A DNA stretch of 64,000 nucleotides from Phoronis australis. Lineage: Eukaryota; Animalia; Phoronida. Under the pieces are notes generated by a model. It was not told where the DNA came from. It saw only the letters and a list, made by a program, of their open reading frames with translations, and did no database searches. The stretch lies in NCBI GenBank assembly GCA_002633005.1, contig NMRA01000170.1:689007-753006 (forward strand), given 5' to 3'. Of the stretch, positions 1-12,890 are shown in pieces (position 1 is the stretch's first letter; each line of letters opens with the position of its first letter). Position numbers and translations under genes: made by a program.

Positions 1-965
1 AAACATAAAAAATTGCCACAAGGTGACACAACAGTAGTCAGACACATCTGATAGTCCTAGACATTCATTGTCACAGCCACAGGAACACATGTCAAAATTC
101 ACAACGATCCTTCAGTGGTTTAGGTGAACCAGCTGTGGACTCGAAAAAGCAAAGCTACAACTAGGGGGCACCAAAGAAGTCAAAGCTATCAAAAAATCAT
201 CAGCAATGCTCGCCCCAGTAGGAAAATATACACCAATGTTCATAATAATCCTTAGAATGGTGGACAAGGAAGTTATTACATCCGAAAATTTCAAATTTCA
301 GTCGATCCATTCTTGTTGTTTTATTTACCGATTTATATTCTTTAATGCAAACAAATGCATCAAGGAAGATGCAGAAGAAAACAAAAAAATTAAATTGCCA
401 CAAGGACTCACAGCAGCAGTCAGAATTAGCTGTTTTTACCAAGTTTATAGAAACACATTTACCAAATTTAACAGCTTCTGTAGAGTGTTATGAGATACAG
501 CCACGGACTCGAACTAGGAGGTGCCACAGTAATCGGAGCTGTCTGAAAATCATCGCCAGACCTCCTCTTCCCAGTAGGAACAAGTAGGTCAATTTTCATA
601 ATTATCCTGAGAGTGGTTTGGACAACAAAGAGGCGGAAACAAAATGTGGAACAAAATACATTGAATCTATGGAAAAACAGGAAGGTGGGGTCATCTTCTT
701 AATAGATACCTACTTGCCAAATTTCATGAAATTCTATTAAGGAACTCTGAAGACATAGAGGAAAACGCAAAATAAAGTTGCCGCTGGAGGGCACTATCAT
801 GGTAGTTGGATCCATCCCAAAATTTGCTGATGCAGCATTACCCACATACCTGTAAATTTTCACGGACATCCATCTATACGATTTCGTTACAGCTACGTTT
901 GCCAGACAGACTGGCAGAAATTATAGCATAATTCGCCCTGATATAAATAATATATTTGCGTAACA
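1..965. repeat. Dispersed repeat family with internal degenerate tandem units (aaatttcatgaa / ctagggggc motifs), Helentron/HINE-like
   Basis: Related sequence at about 6780-7340, 33000-33800 (reverse), 40730-40870, 55300-55630 and 63000-63380. Confidence 0.55.
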
Positions 966-1396
966 ATGTATAAATGATTTGATCGACTTACGATGTCGAT
1001 GAACTCTGATCACAGATGTTTCTATATGTTTATGCACCAGTTTAATTTGAGCAAGAGTGCCCTCATTTGAAGATTCACGCATGAATTCAATTGATTTGCC
1101 CCGTCAGACAACCGAATGTGATTGTTGAAGTCACAAGATTAGGGAATAAAGTGGTGTGCGTCACTTATCTGACAGGTTCTGGCATTCGCAAAAATTGCAT
1201 ATTTGTTTTGTAAATTTCTTATCTATCAGCTACTCAATTCAAATATTCAATCATTCAAACTTTTGAACAGTTTAAATTTGCTAAAAATGATGCCAACCCA
1301 ATATTTAGCCCAAAACAAAGGACCACAGACAGAAAGCTAATACTTGCTTGAGTGTCTATTCCTACAGAATAAACTTATTACATGAAATTCTGAAAA

Positions 1397-1560
1397 CATG
1401 ACTACACACGCACACACCCACCTTATCCTGCCCTCTATTGGTCATGACTATACACACCCACCTTATCCTGTCCTCTATTGGTCATGACTATACACACTCA
1501 CCTTATCCTGCCCTCTATTGGTCATGACTATACACACCCACCTTACCTCGCCCTCTATAA
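1397..1560. repeat. 40-bp tandem array spanning an iRhom splice donor
   Basis: gtcatgactatacacacccaccttatcctgccctctattg, about 4 units. Confidence 0.9.
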
Positions 1561-1658
1561 GTTTATCCTCCACATCAATAGGAGCTATACCATAGACAGA
1601 CACAGCAACAATGAAGACCACAATCTGCACAAATGTGACCCAATACGTAAAGTATGGC
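1547..1658 (-). CDS. RHBDF: iRhom exon, TM1 (RPYFTYWVTFVQ...LIEGE)
   Basis: tttcag acceptor, GTAAGG donor, hallmark RPYFTYW. Confidence 0.93.
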
Positions 1659-4600
1659 CTGAAATGACAAAAACAACACTGCTTTGTGAGTGTTGTTGTC
1701 ATGCATAAGTCAACTGTCAAAGTACAGTAAAATCTCATCAATTTTGGACAAAAATAGTTGCCAAAATTGGTCTTTTTCCAAACGCTTCTAATATTGTTTT
1801 GAATGTCCACAGTTGCTGGAAACATTGCCTGAAGGTTGGCATGGCATACACATTTAAAATTGTATTTATTTGGTGCTACTTATCTTTCATTAAAAAAATG
1901 AAAACATAAAATTTCACTTGTCCGCCACACTGTGTCCTAAACTGGAAAGATTTTACCGTAGTGCAACAACAGTATATTGTGCCTCTTCTTCGACCACCTT
2001 ACATAACAGCTTCAATAAATATTGCAGTAAGAGCGTTAACAAAACTTCTTTTGAATATCTATATTATAGGCTCTAACTATGTTTGAAAAAAGCCACCACA
2101 CACAATGCTTATTTCTAAGGTTATTTATGGTCTTTCGCTACAGTAATGACAAGTTATGTATCAGAAGTATACCAACACTGGTTTTAGTTCTGTGAACTGT
2201 ATTTTGCTGTTCTGTTTGTTTACTAACAGATAGCACATGGTTGGCAATGACCTGTGGGGCCAGACCAGTGATTACATAATTTTTCATCAAAACAGAATAG
2301 TAGTAATTAATACAGAACCACAGTCTAAAACATTCTAGAGCCTGGTACATTCTGTATATAATGATTGGGTAGATTTCGTGAAGTTCCGTAATGTGCTTGA
2401 ATTGGTCAAATGTTCCAGAAAATTTTAAGAGACAAGTTAATGCGAGTCAGTTAAGTTGAAAAGTGGAGTTTGAGTTGAACTAGAATTGAGTTGAGGTAAA
2501 GTTACAGTTGAGTTGCAGTTACAGAATCAGCAGTTACAGCATCAGTCAATAGAGGGCCTGCTATAAAGACAGCTGGTTATTGAATCAATGGCATTGGAAA
2601 AGTTGCTGGAAGTGATTCACATGTCAAAGCTTTGCAGCAGAGCCAGACTGGAGCGTAGAAGGCAGATATTACATCACACGGTTTGTCTGAGCAGACTTGT
2701 GAACATTTGTGCAAGATTAACAAAGTAATAAAGTTAACTCAAACTGGTCTTCAGTCTACAATCACACCGAAAGCTAATAACACTAGTCAGTGACAACCTG
2801 GGCCCATCCAACCACAGGGTAAAACATGATATATGTTATCAGGTCCCGACACAGTATCACTGGTCAGCTTTCAGACTGTGACAGTGACATGTTTCGTTAT
2901 CAGGACATGTGATAGTATCACTGATCTAATTACTAGCATGGACTATCATTGTACCCAGGATAATTAGGAAAGTCATAAAAAAGAGCACTTAATTTGGCTA
3001 AAACAAAAGGACTACCTTTGATGCCATCAAACAACATGTTAAGCTAGTGTGCATTCATAATGATATTCTTGAAACATCGTTACACATATGTGTACATGGG
3101 CGCATAAAAATTTCAATTTTGAAAAATATTTTTGAGCGAAATAAGTAAAGAATTACCATGCCTTTCAGTCTACACTAAATCAAACCGACATTGTCCCTCG
3201 GTGATATCATGTCGCTGGGAAGTCTAGTACAAAGTTGCCTTGGTAAACAGATTTTGTCAGATAAAGCATGGTAGACATTCTTTGTTATAAAGTGCACTCT
3301 CTTCTTTGTCAATGTACTTCATGAGCTTACGCACTAGAAGTACTTTGTATGCTCAGCCTGATACACACCGTTCGTCAAAGGCTATGGTCTAATGTAGGAG
3401 TGTTTGTAGAAGGCCATGTGCTTAAGCACAATTGTATGTAAAAACCATGGGCTTATGCATGACTTTGTGTATTTGTCAAAGTCCTTGCACTTATGCATCG
3501 GTATCTGTCGAAGCCCGTGGACTTGTGCGTGAGTAATAATCGAAGCCCGTGGACTTATGCAAGGGTATTTGATGAAGCCTGTAAATTGATGCATGAGTAT
3601 TTTCGTTGATTAGCATGTGGACTTGTGTATGCATGCAGAAGACCATGGTTTATGAAAAAAACGTTTGTAGAAGGTCATGAATTTATACAAATTAAAGAGT
3701 TTGTCAAAGGCCATGGGCTGATGGACAAACATTTGTAGAAAGCCAATGAGTATAAGCACCCCAGGTACAAGAACACAAGCTTATACACACTCAATAAAGA
3801 GATATGAAAATGTAGACTTTTCTAATGATATAATAAACTTACTCGTTTCAAATCATGAATACCGCATTACACTTTTAGGAAAAACAAAAAATATGACCAT
3901 GCAGAATTAAGAAATTTCACAATAAATTAACAGTTGTTTGAAATAACTAAGTACCTATAGTCACTCATTTCAGAAATCTGTTTCTTCACACTTGATGTGA
4001 TTCTCTCTCGCCTGAAGCTGCGTTGGAACAAACGTCCGACCACACCCATACCAAACGTGCGACGGTCAGAGTTCTCCTTGGTGTCTGTCAGTACCTTATT
4101 GACTATACGTGTCATTCCTACACGGTGTGTGGGTGCCCGTGCTTCAGGGACAGACATTCGGGCCTCAGGGGGAGCACGTCTCCAACCACGCGCCATTCTA
4201 GAGAACACAAAGTGAAGGAAAGGTTAGCACATGAGAAAACAGAAGAATGATTCTATGCCTTTGGACAAACTCATTTGACTTAGACAACCAGAGAATAATT
4301 ATATCACTTCCAGTCAAACAGAGTGAAAGGCTAGAGGGGTAACAAAACTCGACTGATATTGACAAAGAATTTGGAAGCTTTCATGTTTTCTGACAGGATG
4401 ATGTCTTCAGCAGAGCTTGTCAGAAAAATGGTGATTACACGGCCACCATGAAATGTGTATTTCAGCGAAAAAAAAGGTTTAAAGGCTATTTTAATTTCAT
4501 TATGCGACATTGTTCCTCAGATACCTCCAATCCTGAAAATAGGTCACTGACTGTGACATACCAACAGAAGGCTTCAACCACGTAACAAGGTACATGACTC

Positions 4601-7600
4601 AATGTGAAACGGGAGTTCCTCAGTGTACAACCAAGCTGCGACGAGAGACCCCAGAGTCGTCGATACTAATGTCTGAGTCATACAGGATATTGACTTACGG
4701 ATGATCTGGCAGATCATGTGCACCACCAAGCCCTGGTTCTGTCTTCCTCTCAGGAATATCAAAGAAAACTTCATCATCTTCGTCTTCTTCTTCAATGGGG
4801 GGATGATGGTCCTAGAAACAACATAGGTTTTTGTTAAAAACAACTAGCATTAGATGACGATTTTCTATAGCAAATTCAATCAAGTTCTTAAGCTGCACAA
4901 AACATTCCGCAAGATGCATTGTGGGTAGAGCAACTGCTTTATTGTTTCAGGTAATGGAGTGTAAAATAAAAGTTTATTAACCACTGAAAGAGTTGTAGTT
5001 CACTGTCACATCATTTGCTGCCCGAGAAGAAAATGTAACCAGAGAAAAAGCAGGATTAGTGATCCATCCTGTAACACTAGTATCTTGTGAGCTCAGCGAG
5101 ATTGCGCTAATGCAACACAAAATCTTGTGTTTTGTGAGACAGGTCATGATCGTGCGAGTGCACATTATCAAAATGTCTACGTCGAAAATTGATTGGACAG
5201 TTAGAGAAGAATGTAGAATTAAGGGAGAAAAGGGTACACGTACTTTTGTTGGTACAAGCCAAAACGTTTTGCTGAAGGTGTTTTTGAACATTACCAGGGT
5301 TCAGGCTGGGAGCTTTAGTCTTGATGTCTCCTTCCACACACCCAAGCTATTTTCAGGTATTTGCAACGCGAAGACCGAAGTGAAAACATAACGGATGGCT
5401 TACCAGAGGGGTCCCAGCATCCACCTCATCTTCAGTCAAACTAGGGGGTTTGAAGCTACGGGTCAGATCACCACCAGGCTTGATCAACTTAGGCACTCGC
5501 GGCTAGAACAACACAAAATACCCGCAGTCATCAACGATGTTGCATCTAAGCAACAAATGACACGTGCGGGTGGTTCCCTGCCATGTACCCCTCTGTCAAC
5601 ATTCACCAAGATCTATGTAGTTATTTGCTTTGTGTTGTAGCTAAATAATATTTTACTTAATATATCGCCGTGTATATACAAGCCTAGAAATAACGATTCA
5701 CTTCCTAGGCTAATTCTTTGTACCATTATTGTATTGCCTTATACTTGTGTTGCAATAAAAAAACTGTGCAGTGGTTTGACAGATAATCAGCAGACAAGCA
5801 AAACTAATACAACACGAGGAATGGAATGATGACCGTAGGCAACAACAAAAAAAATTGTTGGCCACATAAAAATAACTGAATCAATTACTGAGCACAAAAA
5901 TCAACAGGTTTTGTGATTTAGACAAAGTATATACAGCTGCCAAGTGAAGCATGGAAGGCACAGACACTTGTGGATGGCTCACCTTCATAGCAGCAATAGC
6001 CATCTTGACCACAGATTCTTTACGTGACACTTGTCTGGCCACTTTATGCCACTTGTTTCTGTAGTAAGTGCTGGTACTTGACCCTGGTGTCATGCCAATC
6101 ATTGATGAACTGCCCATGTCTCCTCCCACATGAAGGGGGTCATACACTGACGTCTGCGAGAAAGGTCACAGAGGTCATGTCAATCAGTGATGAACTACCC
6201 ATGTCTCTCCCACAACAGGGCATGGAATGACCAATGACAAAAAAAGACGAAAATTTCCAGGTGATTTATTGTTCCACTAATAGGCTTGTGTGATAGAAAT
6301 AATTTTTGTGTTGTAAAATTTATCTAAAATAAACGTTCTTGCATGAATAAAGTCAAAATAATGATAAAAAAAGAGACGAAAGAAGACAAAATTGGAAATT
6401 AAATAAGAGGAAATCAAAACCAAAAAAGAGGAAATCCCTTAAAAGATGAAAATTCCAAGTCATACACCGGCGTCTAGAAGAAAGGTCACTGAGATCATGT
6501 CAATCACCAATGAACTGCCCATGTGTCCTTCCACAGGAAGGAGTCATACACTGACATCTGCAAGAAAGATCACTGAGGTCATGTCGGTCACTAAAAATTT
6601 ACCAACGGGAGTTACTTGTCGTTTGAGGCAAAAACTGTGCAAAGTTTTTAGATATAAAATGCTTGAACGAAGACATAAAGTAAATACATTTTACAGGATT
6701 TTTGAAACAGTGGTTTTACATAGTTGCCAACATTCCAAAATAAACAAGAGCAAGACAAGCATTACAATACATCCACAATGAATATAGATTTCATGAAATT
6801 CCATCTAGAAACTCCCAAGGGTAACGGTAACAAAATGAAAATTTGTTGTCGCGTTCATAGGAATACACTTGACAAATCTCACAAAGATCCAGCCAGAGTT
6901 TTAGCTGTGGATGCAAAAAACACAATTGCCAGAAAGGGGTGCCACAGTAGTCAGACCTGTGCGAAAATCAGCACCAGTCATGCTGTTGTCAGTAGAAGAC
7001 TGTCCGCCAAATTTCTTAATGACCCTTTGAGAACGTTGGCAGATAGAGGGAGGCTGATGCTAAAAAACAGATTAAAAATAATTGAAAATGGCTGCTAGGC
7101 GACACAGAATATGACTAATACATTCGAAAATAGAAAGGTGTTCTTGTCTCCTTACTAGAAACCTACTGGTCAAATTTCAAGAAATCTGTCAAAGAGTTTT
7201 CAAGAAACACGAAGAAAATGAAATAAGAACTAGGAGGCACACCAGTGGTCAGAACTGTCTGGAAATCACCGTCACCTGTTGCCAGCATTACAGGAACACA
7301 CCTGGCAAATTTCATGAAGATCCTGCAAGTGGTTAAAAGGTGCGCAAAAAGTAGGACATTTGGGGGCTGTTTTGTTAAAAAGAGTCAACTGGCTTTCAAT
7401 TGGGCGTTTAGCAAAATTGAGTCTATGTTAAGATTTTTTAACATGTTTTAAGAAAATCTGTCTATAGCTCAAAGTCAAAAGGTAAAAATCTGTAGTCTCA
7501 AAAAATACAAAAAACAAAAAATCAACTTGTGGCTATTTGCACTAGACTAAAGTCAAAAGATAACAGACAGTTTATTTGAAAAACAGGTCGCTGGGCTTTG

Positions 7601-10093
7601 GTCATCATGCAAAAGGAATGGTAATAGGGTCGTTTTTAGTCATGCCTGTGCTATGGAGCAGGGAAGTGGGCATATTGGTGTGAACAAGAATGACAATTTT
7701 CAAATAATATGAAAATCCGCAGCCACACAGTAAAGCAATGGTATCAATATATAAATATCGTCGCGTGCATCAAAAAGCGGGCCATTCTGATGCTGTGGTG
7801 GGACACAGGACAAAGCCTCACAAAGCTGGACGGTGCTGCCAAAAGTGGGACAGTTGGTAACTATGGACAAGCAACCGTGTAGTGGTAGTTTACCTGTCTA
7901 GAGTAGGTTCCAAGGTCAGCTGTCTTTGGTACAAACTCATCTTTGATACCACCACTAATTGCTGAGCTGGCAAGTCGCGACCTCCGCTCATGCCAGCTTG
8001 ACTGATGTCCACACGGCTGATCCTGGGACAATCCAAAGAACTCCTCTGTTGCCCGTTTCACAGTCCTATAAAGAATAACTAACCAACTTAGTAACTAGGA
8101 AACAGCACTTCATATTGGCCCCAACCTAGAAATTATCTCCCTTGTAACTAGAACATGCAGCTATTCATTCTGGACCCAACCTTGGAATTATCTTCCCTGT
8201 AATTTCAAGACGTCTATATATCCCTGTCCATGCAAGAATTCTTATGTGCTGATTATTCCCCTCTCCTAGAATAGCTATCATCAAACAACAAAATACTAAA
8301 ATTGGGAAATTTGAAAAATAAGTCTCATGGACTATTCTTGAGATTTCTTCTGCAGTTAGTTGCACCAGCACACTGCTGTTGAGTTTTCGCCTTCAAGCAA
8401 CCACTGGCAAGCATAATCGCACATTCTATTGAGCTGCCTTGTAACACAGAATGAGAATCAACCCGCACAACATGTCACAATATGAACACAAAAAGGAAGT
8501 GTCGGTTAAAACATTGGTGTTAATAATTCAAACATTGCTATGTGATCTCATATACTGTAAACTCGCGGGGTTAACGCCCATGCCCATGTAATCGCCCATC
8601 CCCGACTCTGGTCAATTTTCGGTTTAAGCGCCCACTGCTTGGGTAATCCCTCATTCCCTACTTTGTGCTAATTTCCACATAAGCGTCCATTTCTTGGGTA
8701 ATCGCCCATCCCCAACTTACTGCTTACAGAAATTGCGCTTGAACTCGTGCTTTTGTTCACAGCTTCGGCTTGGGCTATGACTACCATGTTTGCAGAAACA
8801 CGGCATGCTTACACATGAGTACAATTGTCTCGAAAAGTAAGTTTTTCAGCTGGCGTTTGTGGAATAACTCAAGTGTTGCAACCACCTTTTTTAAACTTAT
8901 CAACTGAACTTTAAATTAATATAGTCCTACTCCGTAGATTTTTATAGAAGTGATGCTATTCAACTACGAGATTAGGCGTATGATGTCTTGGTCGTCACCG
9001 ACGTAGGTTTGTCTAGTTGACAAGTTTTCGAATTACCTAGTCTAAATTTTTTCGTATCAGACGCCATTTCCAGTGCTTTTTCGAGTTCAGTAGATCAAAT
9101 TTTTTGAGTGTTTGGCGAGAACAGGTAAAACTTCGAAACATCGCCATGTATTTTCAGATGGAGAACACTTGATTTTGCTAGATTTGACCCATATTTGACT
9201 TGAGCAATTAATCTAACTTCCCTCCCGTTGTAATTGCACGCACAGACCACTTGATTTTGATAGCCTATTTTCTGGGTCAACTCAAATTTGAATTGAACAA
9301 TTATTCACACTCCCCTCTCATTGTAATTGCAAACAGTTTGTGTCGATCAGGAACGAATAGTCCGTGTTTTTAATCCAGTGACAGATAAACTAAACAATGA
9401 ATTGAAAGTTTATCGGGTTTAATAAGCAGACGATATTAACAACGAGACGGGACCAGAAGGGTTCCAACAAAACACAGTCGCACTAACAACAGTTACAGTA
9501 CAATGGTGATGGAAATGACATGTAGTCCCATTCACTGATGTGAAACAGTGCTTGCTGATACGGTAAGTGGACTGCCATTCGAGTTTCATAAAGCTCTGGG
9601 GTATGACATTTTGCAGCACGCTAATACTATATTTGAAAACATCAGACTTTTTAACAACGTTCTCGCGAAATCACCCTTTCAAAGTCGAAATCCTGTTTCT
9701 GTTTGAGCCCTGAGAAACTAGTGGTTGTCGAGTACCGCTGTTGGACCAAACTTATAAGTTCTGTGCTCGAATGAACAACCCGTGAGCTTGCCCAGTTCGG
9801 CTAAAACTTGGATGTAAGCGACCACTCCTTAGGTAATCGCCCACTCCCGACTTTTGCCAATTTTTCGGTTTAAGTGCCCACTGCTTGGGTAATCGCCCAC
9901 CCCCGTCTCAGGGTTTCCCAATTAAGCGCCCAGGGCGTTAACCCGTGAGTTTACGGTAGTTCAAAGTAGAGAAAAATAGTACAGGTACACTGACCAACAA
10001 ATTATAAGAGAAGTGAGGCTTCACTCACCTTCCGAACGTCTGCAGTCTACTAGGCTGTCTGTTCAGACCACTGGGCCGGACCCCATCAGCCAT
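1547..10093 (-). CDS. RHBDF: Inactive rhomboid protein (iRhom, RHBDF1/2 family), N-terminal cytoplasmic region and first TM helix; 3' part lies outside the window
   Basis: Coding exons 10093-10029, 8065-7894, 6153-5983, 5502-5404, 4811-4699, 4197-3955 and 1658-1547, all GT-AG and phase-consistent. Motifs typical of iRhoms: ATEEFFGL..SW, RKESVVKMA, RSFKPPS, FGMGVVGRLFQRSFRR, DYRPYFTYWVTFVQIVVFIVAVSVYGIAP. Confidence 0.93.
3400..3760. repeat. Degenerate minisatellite of about 35 bp
   Basis: Recurring tttgtagaaggccatg / aagcccgtggactt. Confidence 0.6.
3955..4197 (-). CDS. RHBDF: iRhom exon (MARGWRR...GMGVVGRLFQRSFRR...MSDY)
   Basis: ctctag acceptor, GTACTT donor, conserved juxtamembrane motif. 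Confidence 0.92.
4699..4811 (-). CDS. RHBDF: iRhom exon (DHHPPIEEEDEDDEVFFDIP...)
   Basis: ttctag acceptor, GTAAGT donor, acidic DEVFF motif. Confidence 0.82.
5404..5502 (-). CDS. RHBDF: iRhom exon (PRVPKLIKPGGDLTRSFKPPSLTEDEVDAGTPL)
   Basis: ttctag acceptor, GTAAGC donor, 99 nt, RSFxPxS motif. Confidence 0.85.
5983..6153 (-). CDS. RHBDF: iRhom exon (TSVYDPL...RKESVVKMAIAAMK)
   Basis: ctcgcag acceptor, GTGAGC donor, RKESVxKM motif. Confidence 0.85.
6085..6595. repeat. Array of about 83-bp units spanning an iRhom acceptor, interrupted by an A-rich insert
   Basis: gtcatacactgacgtctgcgagaaaggtcacagaggtcatgtcaatc...atgaactgcccatgt, about 3.5 units. Confidence 0.85.
6780..7340. repeat. Copy of the same dispersed repeat family
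   Basis: gccacagtagtcagac, ctaggaggcac and aaatttcatgaagatcc shared with 1-900. Confidence 0.55.
7894..8065 (-). CDS. RHBDF: iRhom exon (TVKRATEEFFGLSQD...TYSRQ)
   Basis: tttatag acceptor, GTAAAC donor, iRhom N-terminal FG/W motif. Confidence 0.85.
8555..9956. mobile_element. Non-autonomous Tc2/pogo-like (Tc1/mariner superfamily) DNA transposon
   Basis: TIRs c(t/c)gtaaactc(g/a)cggg(g)ttaacgccc, TA on both flanks, subterminal repeats gggtaatcgccca; no transposase ORF. Confidence 0.85.
10029..10093 (-). CDS. RHBDF: iRhom first coding exon (MADGVRPSGLNRQPSRLQTFGR)
   Basis: Acceptor ttgcag before 10108, ATG at 10093, donor GTGAGT, phase 2 fits next exon. Confidence 0.75.
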
Positions 10094-12305
10094 AATGAGT
10101 TACAATACCTGCAAGATAAGGATAGCATTGTGATAAAGGTGACAGTTTTATGACAAACACTGATTAATCCAAAGATAAAAAAATCGAAACAAACATACAG
10201 TACATTATAAAAGAACAATTTCTCTACGATGACCACCTCCCAAAAAACACAGCAACAATCTGACAACGCTACCAACAATACAGCACATCTGCAGGGCACT
10301 TGTCAAATTTCTCTACAAAAATAAAGATGAAGAATATTTAGCCTGTTGCTAGCATGGTTTGTATTGTGTTAATGTTATAAAACTTTTGACAAATTTTCCA
10401 TTGCCTGTAGTCAAGTAATCAGCTACTAGAAATTGGAAAAATGATAAATTTGGCAAATTTTTAGTGAGAAAGAAATGGAGAATTTCTGTACATCATTACT
10501 ATTCTGACAATCATCTGTAGCATGACTTACGAAGCTAAGATATATAAGGTATATAAAGAATTCTTCCTTCCCAAGGCACGGTGTATTCTTCTCTTCTTGG
10601 TCGACTCAGGCAAGAAGTGTGTTAGCGACTAAACCTGCATATCGCCTCGTTTAGCTGGCTAAAAAACAAAAATTGAATTATGTACTAGTATTAATGTTTC
10701 TTGCTAAGATTCTATTTCTGTTGCGTAAAAGAACATGGAAACCACTTTAAAGTTTATTGGGGTTTCCCAACCCTAAAACTGCAAATTGAACAATTACGGC
10801 AAATGAACAGTATTACCTGTGACTTCAGTAGGTAACAAATAGAATCCTAACATGGTAAAGAATGTCCTGTGAGAGGCCTAATACGATTTTCGGGACATGG
10901 CCAATGCACTTCAATATACTAGCCGTAAGCCAAAGTATCAAGCACTTGCAAATCTACATCCTGAATACATTAGCCAATCGCATAAATATAAATTTGCAAG
11001 TCTGTAACCTGAAAGCATTATCCGCTCACTACTAATACCAAACAGTTGTGAATCTGAATCCTGTATATATAAGCTTCTAGCTAAAATATCATTTAGACTT
11101 TGCAAATCTGAATTCTAAATTTTCATTGTCTGGATCCATCTCAGTTCAGCATGGTTTAGTACTCGTCTGGTAACCAGCAGCCAGCGTTTGGTTAGAATGT
11201 TCCTGCCTAGTGCCGCAACAAAAAGATCGGGACAGACAACAAACCAAGACACAAATTGTTTCCAAATTTTCAATGGGACAATGCAGTTTCTTATCATGAT
11301 TATCCAACAATATCATTTTTGATCTTTACCAAAATTCAACATCAGAATCATGTTGGCCTGTCGGAAGGTTACGTAGGAAGCAAGAGAAATGTCCAAATTT
11401 GGCTAATTTCATATGTCATCTCAGAAATGGGTGACTGAATTCATATGACAGTGTGCTATGTGCACTGTTCTACAAAATGCTGATAGGAATTGTAGTTAAA
11501 ATGTTCCACTTTTGCCCGGGGACTATTGAAACTAGGGCGTTTACGACTTTCATGAAAAAAACAAAATATTTTAGAAAACTATAACAGCAAAAAATCTGAT
11601 CATTTTATTGATAACATGGGTTTAATATCAATGTAAGTTTGATGCTAAATTTTAATAAAAAGATATGGCCACATGATCTAGAAAGATTGGCAAAAGATAA
11701 ACATGAAATTTTCCAGTCTCTAGTTTTAGAAAATATACTACACATACTTTTACTTCAGACCTAAAATTAAGGCAAAGGCTTGCTAATCAGGTCCAACATA
11801 ACCTTTACGATCTTGACAAATCACATCAATGCTAGCAACCTTCACAGTTGTCATGAAACGTGATTTTGAAACAAAAAATCATTTGTTCTATTCCAATTTG
11901 CAATCCCAAACTAAGTCTTTTGTTAGAAACGCCAGTTTCAAACACCAAATCCACTACTGAAATCTTCTGAGAGTCATATTCCTTAATGTAAGAACCCAGC
12001 AACGACGAAAGATCATGCAAGACTTCGCATGATATGATTAAGCCTTTAAGTGAAGCCCATGGTCACACGCCTAGTTTTATTTGAAGAATTCTTGCATCTA
12101 CAGATTACAGCTCTCTTCTGACTGGTTATAACAAGTGGGCAGACGACTGCTTTATCTAGAAAAAAGTAATAAGTAGATCATTCGGTGTATTGAAAATAAG
12201 CAAATTTGATTGGTTCACTTTCAACATCAGTTTTGAAATTTTGACATCAACTATCCAGCAGAAGCGTTTTTCGTGAAATGGCGTGAGGAGTTAGAGATTT
12301 TGAAA

Positions 12306-12890
12306 CATGTAGTCAGAATGAAGCTGTTGCGACCATGTAGTTGGAACTGAGCAGTAGTGACCATGTAGTAAGAATCAAGCTGTTGTGACCATGTAGTTGG
12401 AACTGAGCAGTAGTGACCATGTAGCAAGAATCAAGCCGTTGGGACCATGTAGTTGGAACTGAGCAGTAATGACCATGTAGTCAGAATCAAGCTGTTGTGA
12501 CCATGTAGTTGGAACTGAGCAGTAATGACCATGTAGTCAGAATCAAGCTGTTGTGACCATGTAGTTGGAACTGAGCAGTAGTAGTCAGAATCAAGCTGTT
12601 GTGACCATGTAGTTGGAACTGAGCAGTCATGACCATGTAGTCAGAATCAAGCTGTTGGGACCATGTAGTTGGAACTGAGCAGTAGTGGCCATGTAGTCAG
12701 AATCAAGCTGTTTGGACCATGTAGTTGGAACTGAGCAATAGTGAGCATGTAGTTAGGATCGAGCATTTATGACCATAATTTCAGAATCAAACAGTTGTGA
12801 CCATGAGGTCAGAATCCCGCAGTAGTGACCATGTTGCCAGAATCAACCAGAAGTGATCACGTAGTGAATATCAAGCAGTTGTGACCATTT
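12306..12890. repeat. 46-bp (2 x 23) minisatellite
   Basis: gaccatgtagttggaactgagcagtagt-gaccatgtagtcagaatcaagctgttgt. Confidence 0.95.

Noticed and set aside
12306-12890. Repeat-spacer look suggesting a CRISPR array
   Set aside because: The 'spacers' are themselves two alternating repeated sequences; eukaryotic context and no cas genes.
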